This document shows positions 8,643-18,162 of a stretch of 64,000 nucleotides of DNA, one piece after another. Below the pieces are notes generated by a model. It did no database searches and was not told the DNA's origin. It worked only from the letters and a program-made list of their open reading frames with translations. A program made the position numbers and the translations under genes. Source of the stretch: a phage; NCBI GenBank assembly GCA_029220445.1, contig GCA_029220445.1_3666.1; one strand, given 5' to 3'. Position 1 is the stretch's first letter. Every line of letters begins with the position of its first letter.

Positions 8643-8861
8643 ATGACAACCCGTAAAATTAAAGTTGTTTGCATTGAATCGACTGGGGGCGCTTTTGTAG
8701 TTGGTCAGGAATATAATGCGGTTTTAATGGGTACGGATTGGAAGGTTAAAGGCCTTAATGGTTACGAGTACGGCACTACTTGCGGCTTGCGTGGTCGAAT
8801 CGGATACGTGAGTTTAGACAATAAAGAAAAATTTGTTTTCGACACCCTTGTGAGTAAATAG
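8643..8861 (+). CDS. hypothetical early protein (72 aa)
   Basis: ORF after leader hairpin gggccaaaaggccc and AGAGAGA RBS. Confidence 0.55.
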   Translation: MTTRKIKVVCIESTGGAFVVGQEYNAVLMGTDWKVKGLNGYEYGTTCGLRGRIGYVSLDNKEKFVFDTLVSK

Positions 8862-8938
8862 CATGAATTGCTAAAGACTGATCTGCGAACTGCTGTATTA
8901 TCAACTAATCAAAACGAACCACATAAAGAGGAAACATC

Positions 8939-9202
8939 ATGAAACGTCTGGATCAGCTTAAATTAGTTCAGTACATGGCCTACAGAATTCTTGAAGTCCA
9001 AAAAGGTAGCAAAAAAGAGGTTTGCGAGAAAGCTTATAAGATCTTTACCCGCAAAAAAGATGACTGGATGCTACGCCAGACCAAAAAGGCTGACATCTTG
9101 GGGTACCTGGAAGAAGAGATCCGCCTTGAAGAGCAAGAAGAGATCCGCCGTAGTGAGGCAGATTATCAGGCAGCTTGGGAAAGCTGGATGAGTAACAAAT
9201 AA
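8939..9202 (+). CDS. hypothetical early protein (87 aa)
   Basis: ORF with AGAGGA RBS; charged, helical-looking. Confidence 0.55.
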   Translation: MKRLDQLKLVQYMAYRILEVQKGSKKEVCEKAYKIFTRKKDDWMLRQTKKADILGYLEEEIRLEEQEEIRRSEADYQAAWESWMSNK

Positions 9203-9269
9203 TACAACAAGTTACATGGTCAGGGGGCAATAAAGCCCCTTGATCGCATAAAAATTATGCCATCCTTGG

Positions 9270-9298
9270 TTGACAAGGATCGGCAGTTTTGCTATATT
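9270..9298 (+). promoter_or_regulatory. sigma70-like promoter (TTGACA-N17-TATATT)
   Basis: Near-consensus hexamers upstream of ORF 9347. Confidence 0.65.
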
Positions 9299-9346
9299 CT
9301 TTTTGAAGGGAAGTTGTAAGAAAATTAACTAAGAGGTAAAAACACC

Positions 9347-9766
9347 ATGAACATTAAATCTAATAATCCGGCATATAGCTTTGATAACGCTTTTTGTCAC
9401 GGTCCGGCGGCGAAAGGATTCGAAATCGATGGTAAACTAATTATTGTCAATGTTGACGGGGAAGAGGTTGCAGTATATCCGGTAGCAGACGTTAAAAGCC
9501 GTTTACAATGCCGCATTGATGTTACCGCCTATCAGCTTGATCCGGTCCGCATAGTTGCCCTGGTCCTGGAGGAAGAAATTAAAGCCATGCATCATAGCAA
9601 CAAGTTTATCGGTGACGCTCAGGATAATATGAAGGTATGCCGCTATAAAGTTAATGAAGTGCTTAAAGAATATGGATTTAAGGATCTGATGATCAAACGT
9701 GATGAAAAATTCCGCTACCGTAACGACCTGGCAAATCGGATTTTTGAAATATACGAATCATTATAA
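9347..9766 (+). CDS. hypothetical early protein (139 aa)
   Basis: ORF with AGAGG RBS; last gene of plus-strand early block. Confidence 0.6.
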   Translation: MNIKSNNPAYSFDNAFCHGPAAKGFEIDGKLIIVNVDGEEVAVYPVADVKSRLQCRIDVTAYQLDPVRIVALVLEEEIKAMHHSNKFIGDAQDNMKVCRYKVNEVLKEYGFKDLMIKRDEKFRYRNDLANRIFEIYESL

Positions 9767-9784
9767 TTTTTTAACTGAATTATC

Positions 9785-9809
9785 AAGGGGCTTAGGCCCC
9801 TTTCTTTTT
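9785..9809 (+). terminator. intrinsic terminator (aggggc-tta-gcccct + T-run)
   Basis: Hairpin plus TTCTTTTTG immediately after ORF 9347-9766. Confidence 0.7.
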
Positions 9810-10399
9810 GTCTGCTCTTCCCCCTACCATAAACGGCCCTACCTGGCAAGTGGAATAATTGACGAGCCATCAATCCCACACACTGTACAAATATACATGT
9901 AAAATAGCTATTGCATAACCTTTCATTGTGTGGTAGCAGGGCTATTTTTACCCGTTTTCCCTTCCAAAATTGCACGTAATGCCGCTATTGCACAAATTTT
10001 AACCTGATGCAGATCTTCAATATCTTGTCAACAAATAAAAATTCTTATAAGTCATACACTTACACCAACACAAAAGCGTTTTCTACGTGAAAAATCGAGT
10101 ATAACTATAGCCGCCAGATCTCAGAATTTACGTACGCTCACCATTCTATAGCCTGCTAAGTATTTATTCCAACCATAGAATAATGGAATAGTCAATACCT
10201 GCATAAAATAATTATTCGTTTAAATTGCATAACATAAATCAGCCAGGGTGTCAACATTTTTCGTAAACAGTCCGAAATTATCGCTGTGAATTATCATAAA
10301 CAGAGAAATCTTTAGTCGTCTAATGTTTACTGTACGTTACTATACTGACTGGAATCATTAGATGACTAAGAGAAAGATAAGAAATAATTAACAATACAA

Positions 10400-11160
10400 T
10401 TATTTTATCTGTAACAATAAGGCAACTATGCAAACGAATGGCATGGCGCGACGGAGTCGCGACATAATATAAAAGCAGTAACCATCACCCCCGTGATAGT
10501 TTGTCTGCAAACTATTAATCAGATCATAGTTGCCTTGTATTTAGTTAATCATGACATAACAAGCAAGGCAACTATAGATCTGCTAATAGTTGCCCTGCTT
10601 TTATATTATGTCACCTATTGTAAACCAGTTAATTGTCAGCTTGTTGGCTGTTAGCTTGTCAATTGTTATCTTGTTAATTGTTTTCATGCAAACGAATGGC
10701 ATGGCTTATCATCTCTGTGTAAACAGTCAATCATGTAAATGATAAGTATGTTAACAGTTATCCATGTAAACTATTAGACATGTAAACTATTGAGAATGTA
10801 AACAGTAAAGGGCGTGAACAGTAAGCGAGGGAATAGTAATAGCGTGAATAGTGACAGCGTAAACAGTCAGGCATGTCAATTAAGTCTAAAGTGTCAAAGG
10901 TGTCATATTATGTCACCAGTATGCCCAGTATGTCAGACAAGTTTTTCTCCTCTTTGTCAAGTGCTGCATGAAAAATTTACAAGCTGGTATGGTAGCATTT
11001 TTGCGGTCCTGTTTACATTCAGTAATGTATGTATAATCCTTGTTGTGTGGGCGCTTAGACGTCTAGACGGTTGGAAGTCCACAGGTCAATATCTAATCTA
11101 TCGGCTGCTAACTATATCCCACACAAATAGTAAGAAATATAATTGTTATGTGTGTAAACA
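10400..11160. repeat. iteron/palindrome array in gene-free region (GGCAACTAT x4 in inverted pairs; 20-bp direct repeat ATGCAAACGAATGGCATGGC x2; ~10 copies of GTAAACAGT/ATGTAAACTATT-type iterons)
   Basis: Direct and inverted repeats read from sequence; no credible ORF; candidate replication origin or regulator-binding array. Confidence 0.6.
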
Positions 11161-11459
11161 GTAACTCATGTTATCAATCCCTGTATGTATCGCCAGTGGT
11201 GCGCATAATGGGTATTATGTTAAATTGCCCGTAATGATAATGGTTCTCACAATGATATGTATTCTCATTCCCCCACACAAAATAGATTGCAAATGTTGTG
11301 CCACTGTGTGAACGGCCTCACCTATTAATTTGCCTCACTGCCTCGATATTTGAGAATTGTTATAAGAATGAGAATGATTCCCATTTCGTCCGCCTGGCAG
11401 CACTCCTGTAGGACAAGCACAAAATCGTGGCATAGCTGGACCTGTTCAGATATTTCTGG

Positions 11460-11700
11460 CTGGCTCTTCAGGTCTGTGTGGGAAAAGCCAACCCCCTCCG
11501 GCGGCGGGGAGGGTGTCAATTAAAAAATTTACGGGGTATATGAAGCGCTCTTCAGGTAAGGCATGTACTATGGGATGAAACCCTCTTCAGGCAATGATAT
11601 TTGTGGGTGTGATATTTGCTGGAAAGCCAGATATGACGGGACTCCCGGCGGGGCAGGGGTAGTACAGACAGGGAAAATATGGGGATGTAGTTGGGTGAAT
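11460..11700. repeat. GC-rich palindromes (ccctccggcggcggggaggg; cccggcggggcagggg) with recurring CTCTTCAGG motif
   Basis: Motif at about 11463, 11547, 11583 and again near 11996; region lacks ORFs. Confidence 0.45.
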
Positions 11701-12355
11701 TGATCGGGCAGGTAGAGTATGGAATATGTTACAAGTATGTTAAATATGGAGGGTGAATATCTGCAGGATTTGTGTGTAAAATCAAAGACTTAAGTAGTGT
11801 TGTGGTATTTTCTATAAATAATTCAAGTTTAATAGGTAATATTTGTCTCTATCCACTTTGTGTGGTAAACAAATTCAAATGAGATTGGTTTACAAGTGTA
11901 TACATAATATACAAATTAAAGATACAAGAAACCCCCCCTCCCCCTTCGGCTACCATTCACCTTTTCCTCTGACTGGTACTTAAACACTTATTCAGACTCT
12001 TCAGGTTATCACCCATATACCATATGGCAGTGACTGGTGTCCTCCGGCCCCTCTTTCGTCACCCGTCCGCTTCGCCATGCTAATGCCATAGCCAAATGTT
12101 CGGTTGTTCACCCTGTTCACTCAGGTGTATCTCCATACCCCTTCAAACCGAAGAGAACAGAAAACCCGAATTACTCGGTAAAAGAAAAGAGAAGAACTTA
12201 ATTTTATCAGGATAGGCAAGAATGTCAAGGCATGACTGCTCACTAAACAAGCAAACAGTCATGTGTGGGAGGTAAGTGATTGTGGTGGTAGGAAATTTAG
12301 TTGAAAGATGTGTTATAGGTGCTTCCAGCACTTTAGCCTGGCAGCTAATTGTGTG

Positions 12356-12571
12356 TCAGTCCAGCGGTTCATCCTCTACTTCACTGAAATCAATGTTCAT
12401 GGTCTCTTCCCAACCATCGATCTCAGCACAAGAGTGGAGTTCTTTAGGGTTTACTCCCAAAGCCTCAGCAACAGAGTCTATATTTAACACCTCTGGCAGG
12501 TATGATTCATCGAATTCAAGGTAAATCAGGCCACGAGTGTTGTCAACTCCACCAAATATTTCTATCTTCAT
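12356..12571 (-). CDS. small acidic protein (72 aa), member of MK[IV][KE]-start acidic family
   Basis: ATG 12571 with AGGAGA RBS (track start 12637 is upstream extension); acidic C-terminus. Confidence 0.45.
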   Translation of the reverse strand: MKIEIFGGVDNTRGLIYLEFDESYLPEVLNIDSVAEALGVNPKELHSCAEIDGWEETMNIDFSEVEDEPLD

Positions 12572-12691
12572 GAAATCTCCTCTGGAAATGAGAGTGTGAA
12601 CAGGGTTTATACGTTCCAATGCACTGGAATTATGCACGTTTGCCTCTTCAGACCATGCTTTAGCATGAGGAACCTGTGTGGGCTCGGTGCT

Positions 12692-13105
12692 TCATAGTCT
12701 ACCACCCCTGAACTCTTCGTGCTCAGGCATAATAGAGAACCAGATATCTACGATGTCTTCCCACGTTAGGTCATCAGCCTCAGGATCTACCTGGAGCGAA
12801 GATGGAGAATCTTCAGAATCGAAGTTTTCCTCTTTCACTGGCTCAGCCAAGGGACATATAGTCACTCCTTTGGATGTCTCTTCAAATGCATGTGTGTTTA
12901 TCATGTTCCACCCGTGAGTATTCCGGCAACAGCCACTATGGACGTAATGATCATCAGGATCACCACCAAAACCTCTGACAATGTTTTCATTGTGTGTCCC
13001 ATATTCTCCAAACGATGTGTGGATACTATCACTGGAGCGGAAATGTGTCAACAGAAACGTCGCGAGGGTTTGGTTAAAATCCGAGCGTATGGTGATTTGG
13101 GTCAA
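12692..13105 (-). CDS. hypothetical protein, start uncertain (up to 137 aa)
   Basis: ORF with acidic C-terminal half; no clear RBS; may start at internal Met (12904). Confidence 0.3.
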   Translation of the reverse strand: MTQITIRSDFNQTLATFLLTHFRSSDSIHTSFGEYGTHNENIVRGFGGDPDDHYVHSGCCRNTHGWNMINTHAFEETSKGVTICPLAEPVKEENFDSEDSPSSLQVDPEADDLTWEDIVDIWFSIMPEHEEFRGGRL

Positions 13106-13264
13106 AACGGACGTGCGTTCTCGCTACGCTCGAAATATAAAGTTGTTTGTAGGAAGCTCTTAAACGCTCTGTAATGAGATTAACTACCCAAGGTATTCAA
13201 TCGTGCACCAGACAAAGAAAAGGACGCCACAGAGCGTCCTAGGTGTCTTAAATTTGATATTTTG

Positions 13265-13564
13265 CTATACCCATGAGGGCTTATCAAGGTTGGAGTAGCT
13301 AAAAGGTGTCAAAAGGTGACTGTCAAAATCTCTCAAACTATCCAGATCTTTTTCCTCGTCCTGGCACCATCTGTGCCTACATTTATTGTTGTAGTGCATA
13401 GAATGCATAGCGTTCTGCAACTTAACAGGTACAAGTGATTCAGGAGTAGATAGTATTGTTGGGTATGCCAGAACCACCTCAAACAGTGGAAACACATCGA
13501 AACTAAAGTCTACCTCTGCAGAGGTTGATGGCATATAGGAGTATTTAGCCGCCTTTGTAGACAT
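13265..13564 (-). CDS. hypothetical protein (99 aa)
   Basis: ATG 13564 with GAGGTGG RBS. Confidence 0.45.
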   Translation of the reverse strand: MSTKAAKYSYMPSTSAEVDFSFDVFPLFEVVLAYPTILSTPESLVPVKLQNAMHSMHYNNKCRHRWCQDEEKDLDSLRDFDSHLLTPFSYSNLDKPSWV

Positions 13565-13572
13565 AATCCACC

Positions 13573-13899
13573 TCACACAGGTTTGATAATACCTTTACCG
13601 AATAACTCTTTGTATCTAATCTTGTCCGGATCCCACTCCTTGATAATTTCGAAGACAATATCCAACCCTGGGATAATCACTTCTCCAGTGTCAAGTTTGG
13701 CAAGAACAAAACCGGAAGGTTGAATGGTTTCCCAGTTGCGACGATTGGAATAGAAGACCTCGAAAATATCACCGACCTTGATCTGTTGATCAAGATGTTC
13801 AAGATTCTCTTTCATATAGACGCAGCGTATTTTTCGTGCAGGCCATAGACCACCTGCATCACGTTCATTCAATTCTTTTACAGTGATCGGTATACCCAT
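13573..13899 (-). CDS. hypothetical protein (108 aa)
   Basis: ORF on minus strand. Confidence 0.5.
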   Translation of the reverse strand: MGIPITVKELNERDAGGLWPARKIRCVYMKENLEHLDQQIKVGDIFEVFYSNRRNWETIQPSGFVLAKLDTGEVIIPGLDIVFEIIKEWDPDKIRYKELFGKGIIKPV

Positions 13900-13920
13900 C
13901 TCAAATCTCCTTCATAGATA

Positions 13921-13950
13921 GTAAAAAGAGGGGCCCAAGCCCCTCTTTGT
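13921..13950 (-). terminator. intrinsic terminator for minus-strand transcripts (agagggg-loop-cccctct + T-run on minus)
   Basis: GC hairpin followed by T-run on minus strand after ORF 13953-14258. Confidence 0.55.
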
Positions 13951-13952
13951 CA

Positions 13953-14258
13953 TTATTCTACAGAGCGTTTGAACAGAATGTCTGCCTCAGACATGTGCTC
14001 AACCTCTTCTTCGATTTTAGCTCGACGTTTTTCAGCCTCATAGCGAATATCGAACTCGGTAGCCACCAGAGATTTGATGAATTTAGGAGAATACAGGTGA
14101 TCCTGCTTCTCAACGAGAATGATATCCTTAATGGCATCTTTCAGATCTTTAATCTGAAGCTGGAGTTCCACCAGTTCTTCGATTGTTTTGCGAAGGCGAT
14201 CACGTTCTGCAGTGTCAGAAGGAAGAGAGGTGAACAGTTCAACTTTAGATTTAGCCAT
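13953..14258 (-). CDS. hypothetical coiled-coil protein (101 aa)
   Basis: ORF; heptad-like charged sequence. Confidence 0.5.
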   Translation of the reverse strand: MAKSKVELFTSLPSDTAERDRLRKTIEELVELQLQIKDLKDAIKDIILVEKQDHLYSPKFIKSLVATEFDIRYEAEKRRAKIEEEVEHMSEADILFKRSVE

Positions 14259-14286
14259 AGTAAGAGTCTCCTTATGTTGTTTTAAA

Positions 14287-14538
14287 TTAACGTTCTACAA
14301 AAATACCGTTCAGTTCAATAACCAAGAATTTCTGGTCTTCACTATCGTCTCGTGCCAGCACCTCACAGACGTATCGGTCATCCCCATCATCATCGCAGTC
14401 AAATACAAGACTGAGGACTTTATCATGATAAACTTTCGCCACTACCGCCTCGTAAGTATTGCCGATTGTGAATCCAAGATAATCTCCAATGCATTTGACA
14501 ACAACATGATCACCAGCATTCAAGTCAATCTTCGTCAT
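14287..14538 (-). CDS. small acidic protein (84 aa)
   Basis: ATG 14538 with AAGGAG RBS; acidic stretch DCDDDGDD. Confidence 0.5.
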   Translation of the reverse strand: MTKIDLNAGDHVVVKCIGDYLGFTIGNTYEAVVAKVYHDKVLSLVFDCDDDGDDRYVCEVLARDDSEDQKFLVIELNGIFVER

Positions 14539-14693
14539 TACTGCGCTCCTTGGGTAATAATACTGTATGTAAAACTTTAACCAGAGATGTGAATAACGCC
14601 CCAAAACACACCGATAGCGCTAAAACAGACAAGGCCATCATTAAAGCTTCAGTAAAATCAGTCACCCCTCACCTCTTGTTAGTCACTATACTG

Positions 14694-14957
14694 TCATTTA
14701 TCCTTGCCGTCAAGAACTTTTTTAAATCTTTCAGGGATATCGCCTGTTCTTAGATAGCTCATGACCTCACAAGGTTCCCACTTAAATTTCTTACAAAGCA
14801 GGGCGGCTGAGATTGTTTCATTGCGAAAAGAAAGGATATTAATATCCCATTCTGAGAACCCCAACTTCCGAAGGGTAGCTACAGAAATCCTCACCGCAAC
14901 CCAGCAGCAAAAACATGCAACAAACGCCACTGCTATAACCCACATCAGGATGTTCAT
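14694..14957 (-). CDS. small membrane protein (87 aa, N-terminal TM helix)
   Basis: Hydrophobic N-terminus WVIAVAFVACFCCWVAV. Confidence 0.45.
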   Translation of the reverse strand: MNILMWVIAVAFVACFCCWVAVRISVATLRKLGFSEWDINILSFRNETISAALLCKKFKWEPCEVMSYLRTGDIPERFKKVLDGKDK

Positions 14958-15046
14958 ACAAGCACCTTACTGAAATACAAGACACAGTGTTAAGGTTACT
15001 GACCAGCAAATAATTAATAGTGCCGTTGCAACCTTGGCAAGATTTA

Positions 15047-15334
15047 TCATAGTGCCTCTAAGATTTCATATCCTTCTGGTCGGAATACAAGCCACTCCGT
15101 GGCTCCGTTTGGTCGATACGCTTTATACAGAACAACCTGATCTCGGCACATGCACATGGCTACATAGTTTTCATCCACACCTGCAGCCTGCATTGCATCT
15201 TCTTCTCCGGCAACCGCCTTGCTTACAACTTCCTTGGTAGGAAGGTGTGCGATCAGCTCGTCACCATCATTAATTCCAAAATGGCTTAGTTCTCCATTGG
15301 TATCTTTAATCTTAATCTTAACCAGATCTTTCAT
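15047..15334 (-). CDS. small acidic protein (95 aa), acidic-family member
   Basis: ORF; MKDLVKIKIK start, ends YEILEAL. Confidence 0.5.
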   Translation of the reverse strand: MKDLVKIKIKDTNGELSHFGINDGDELIAHLPTKEVVSKAVAGEEDAMQAAGVDENYVAMCMCRDQVVLYKAYRPNGATEWLVFRPEGYEILEAL

Positions 15335-15663
15335 TAGTCTTTCTCCAGGTTCAAAGGCCCTAAGATTTCATATGCCAGATTAGAAGCTACCAGAGGATCT
15401 TCTGCATCTTTAGTATTGTACCACCCGTGAATAACCAGAGCCCCACTTTGTTTAATGTCCAACTGGAACTCTTCTGCCGTTTCCTCATCCAGCTCCAAGA
15501 TTTCCATAAGGTATTTGATGTTAGGAAGGTATGCAGCTGTTACAGTTCCCTCCACCAAACCTTCGGGCCAACCTACATCTGGATGACAAGTAGGAACCAG
15601 GTTGGTCAGCTTAATGGTGTACGCTTTTTCTGCACGAGCCTTCAGTAACGGGTCAATCTTCAT
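15334..15663 (-). CDS. hypothetical acidic protein (109 aa)
   Basis: ORF; start/stop overlap with neighbours. Confidence 0.5.
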   Translation of the reverse strand: MKIDPLLKARAEKAYTIKLTNLVPTCHPDVGWPEGLVEGTVTAAYLPNIKYLMEILELDEETAEEFQLDIKQSGALVIHGWYNTKDAEDPLVASNLAYEILGPLNLEKD

Positions 15664-16013
15664 TATTCGTCCTCCTCTTCGGTGCCTGCTTCCAGCAATA
15701 AGTTAAGAATATCTTCTGCACAAGGCTCATAGAACTCTTGGCCTTCATTATCGATGATTTTGTAGTCATCTCCACGAATAATCAGAGGATCACTCTCAAA
15801 ATTATCAAGACCTTTAACAACGACAACACGATCAATTGCCATCATTGTAAGAACTTTATCGACATCTTCCTCTGCTACACCATACTGCAGCAGAATGTCT
15901 TTAGTAGGAGGAACAGCATCCACCACAACACCGTTACCAAAACCTTCCGGGAGTTTAGCTAAAATATCTTCCGGAACCACATTCACATCAAAACCGGTAA
16001 TTTCTACTTTCAT
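15663..16013 (-). CDS. small acidic protein (116 aa), EGFGN-motif family member
   Basis: MKVEITG start; PEGFGNGVVVD motif shared with ORF 16014-16274. Confidence 0.5.
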   Translation of the reverse strand: MKVEITGFDVNVVPEDILAKLPEGFGNGVVVDAVPPTKDILLQYGVAEEDVDKVLTMMAIDRVVVVKGLDNFESDPLIIRGDDYKIIDNEGQEFYEPCAEDILNLLLEAGTEEEDE

Positions 16014-16274
16014 TTACAGCACCTCTTCGTCAACTACTTCATAAAAATGGCCTGGGATTGCAATAGCGTTCTCACCTTCACCTACAAACACAGTTCCGTC
16101 AAGAATCAACATCATAAGAATTTCTGGAATATCCTCTTCCGGAACGTTGCCAAAACCTTTAATCAGCGTGTAGGTTGGAAGATTTACCTCTAAGATGTCA
16201 CCATCTTTAGAGCGGAAATCAACACCATCCTGAATCTCTGCCATTTCAAGGTTTTTCAGTTTAATCTTCATCAA
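16014..16274 (-). CDS. small acidic protein (86 aa), EGFGN-motif family member
   Basis: MKIKL start; KGFGNVPEEDIPEIL motif; ends EVVDEEVL. Confidence 0.5.
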   Translation of the reverse strand: MMKIKLKNLEMAEIQDGVDFRSKDGDILEVNLPTYTLIKGFGNVPEEDIPEILMMLILDGTVFVGEGENAIAIPGHFYEVVDEEVL

Positions 16275-16350
16275 TCAGTCTCCCGTCTTGTTAAGATGAA
16301 GGTATTATTTCACACAGGGTTGGTGTTGTCAACACCTGTGTGCAAGAAAA

Positions 16351-16746
16351 TTACTGAAACAGTGCGGATAAATTACCTTCTGGTGGGAACTTATCTGCCA
16401 AAAACGGTGTTAGCACAGTAGCCTTCTGAAGATCTGGGGTCCACTCGTTGTTCAGAACATCCCAGTAGTACGCAATGTTGCTGTGTGGGTGCCGCATTAC
16501 GAACTTTTTCCCTTCGTAGTCATCTGAAACCTCTACAGAAGAAATAACAACAGAATCTTCAAGGGTTTCTTCATAGAAAGATCCGCCTTCAAATTTCCAA
16601 CGAGATGCAAGAGCCCCTGCCTTGAACGCTGCAGATAACGGACTGTCGGCAAGAACATACATTTCTTGCACTCTGTCGCTGCGATCTTTACTTCTTACGT
16701 TGTACACAGTATCTGAGCTATACTCAACACGGTATAGGCTTACCAT
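16351..16746 (-). CDS. hypothetical protein (131 aa), paralogue of ORF 18553-18951
   Basis: Shared C-terminal block HP-S-YW-WTP with 18553-18951. Confidence 0.5.
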   Translation of the reverse strand: MVSLYRVEYSSDTVYNVRSKDRSDRVQEMYVLADSPLSAAFKAGALASRWKFEGGSFYEETLEDSVVISSVEVSDDYEGKKFVMRHPHSNIAYYWDVLNNEWTPDLQKATVLTPFLADKFPPEGNLSALFQ

Positions 16747-17078
16747 TACCGCACCTCCTCAATAACTTCCACATCTGAACCTACCACAAATGCAAAAGGA
16801 CAGGTTTCATGAAAGACATCCGGATCGCCGCCAAGCTTGCTAACAATTTCTCCACCACTAATAAACACAAGCTCACCGATATTCATCAGATTGCTGAAAT
16901 AGTATCCATAATGATTGAAGAATGCAGCAGGGTCAGGTAGACTAGTAGCCTCAAGTTCTACATCTGTTGAGATTACTTTCTTATCATAACCTCTCGCCTT
17001 CTGAGATGCAAGATCCGCAGAATCTTCAGGCGACCGGAGATGCACAGGAATTGTTTCACCAATAAAGCGTACTTTCAT
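16746..17078 (-). CDS. small acidic protein (110 aa)
   Basis: ATG 17078 (MKVRFIGE) preferred over TTG at 17105; ends VEVIEEVR. Confidence 0.5.
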   Translation of the reverse strand: MKVRFIGETIPVHLRSPEDSADLASQKARGYDKKVISTDVELEATSLPDPAAFFNHYGYYFSNLMNIGELVFISGGEIVSKLGGDPDVFHETCPFAFVVGSDVEVIEEVR

Positions 17079-17082
17079 ATTA

Positions 17083-17346
17083 TCACCCAACAACCATAGC
17101 TTCAAAAGGGGTCATGAACGAATAAACGGCATCATCATCTGCTTCAGGGAATGCTCCCAAAGACTTCATGTCTGAGCCCTTGACAAATACAAGGTTTTGA
17201 TCAAAAGCTTCTTGGGGATCAATCCGATACATATTTCGTAGAATATCGCTTACCTCCTCATCAAGAGGTGAGTATGCTGTGCACGTTTTTCCGATCAAGC
17301 TTTGAGAATCAGGGTATCCACCTGAAGTTTTAAAATAAACAATCAT
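17083..17346 (-). CDS. hypothetical protein (87 aa)
   Basis: ORF on minus strand. Confidence 0.5.
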   Translation of the reverse strand: MIVYFKTSGGYPDSQSLIGKTCTAYSPLDEEVSDILRNMYRIDPQEAFDQNLVFVKGSDMKSLGAFPEADDDAVYSFMTPFEAMVVG

Positions 17347-17437
17347 ATAGTATCACCTCTGGTAAGAGATTGGGATTCCTTTCCCACAAATAATTACAAA
17401 TCTTCCTTATCGAGGAAGTATGCTAATCCAAGCAGGA

Positions 17438-17707
17438 TTATTCCTCTACAATCTCATACACATCAGGAGTTACAATCAACTCTTCTCCGTTACCCGGTGC
17501 AACAAACACCACCAAACCTTCAGGTGTGTGCTTTTTAGCCATCTCGATAACATCTTCGCGCAGAGCTGGCTCCATCAGATCAAAACCTTCACCCAGGGCA
17601 TCACTAACCACCTTCATATAGTCCACTGGTTGTGCTTCAACAATCATGCCTTCAACCAGTCCACAGTTTTTGTCTGCCAGCTCAGTTTTGAATAATTTAA
17701 TTTTCAT
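17438..17707 (-). CDS. small acidic protein (89 aa), acidic-family member
   Basis: MKIKLFK start; GEGFDL motif; ends YEIVEE. Confidence 0.5.
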   Translation of the reverse strand: MKIKLFKTELADKNCGLVEGMIVEAQPVDYMKVVSDALGEGFDLMEPALREDVIEMAKKHTPEGLVVFVAPGNGEELIVTPDVYEIVEE

Positions 17708-17844
17708 TTAGAGGTCTCCTCAATTATTTGATATTAATAGCCGTAACCTAACACATTAACTACAATTGCGATTGCAAACATAATTTCAAAGCATGCAATC
17801 TCTACATTTGGGACTAATTTCTTAATCACACCCATTGTAGCACC

Positions 17845-18162
17845 TCATTCTCCAAAGTCAATCTTTACTTTGCCTTTCCCCTTACCTTTCTTTCCACCAC
17901 ATTTAGCCAGCTGACGTGCTGCAACATCTACCATACGGTCAGTTGCCTCGTAAGCATCACTGCCTTTAGCTTTGGCAATAACTTCTTTTCCAGAATTGTC
18001 AAAAATGAACGCCATAACTTCCTGGTGATCATTTTCAACTTTTACACTCACACGTGCATAGTTGGCAGAGGGGTGCAAACGCTCCAGCTTAGACATTTTG
18101 TGGGAAATGAAAGACACCATACCTTCAGTGATTTCTACGTTGCCAGTGATTTCAATTTGCAT
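17845..18162 (-). CDS. hpf: ribosome hibernation promoting factor / RaiA (YfiA) family homologue (105 aa) with Gly/Lys-rich tail
   Basis: N-terminus MQIEITGNVEITEGM and later KLE, KVE, ARQLAK blocks align with E. coli HPF (MQLNITGNNVEITEAL ... LARQLTK) from memory. Confidence 0.7.
   Translation of the reverse strand: MQIEITGNVEITEGMVSFISHKMSKLERLHPSANYARVSVKVENDHQEVMAFIFDNSGKEVIAKAKGSDAYEATDRMVDVAARQLAKCGGKKGKGKGKVKIDFGE

Noticed and set aside
8227-9230. Alternative-frame ORFs 8227-8436, 8991-9191 and 9045-9230
   Set aside because: Each overlaps a better-supported ORF that has an RBS and sits in a promoter-leader cassette; no RBS of their own.
10814-11164. 116-aa plus-strand ORF inside the iteron region
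   Set aside because: Its N-terminus (NSNSVNSDSVNS) is simply the translation of the GTAAACAGT-type iterons, and there is no RBS; treated as non-coding, though a shorter 84-aa frame from ATG 10910 cannot be fully excluded.
1-12355. T5-like first-step-transfer region with injection-stop signal
   Set aside because: The layout (small early genes followed by a repeat-rich non-coding block) is reminiscent, but no large A1/A2-like genes or dmp homologue are present and the DNA ligase is ATP-dependent; resemblance noted only as a hypothesis for the repeat region.
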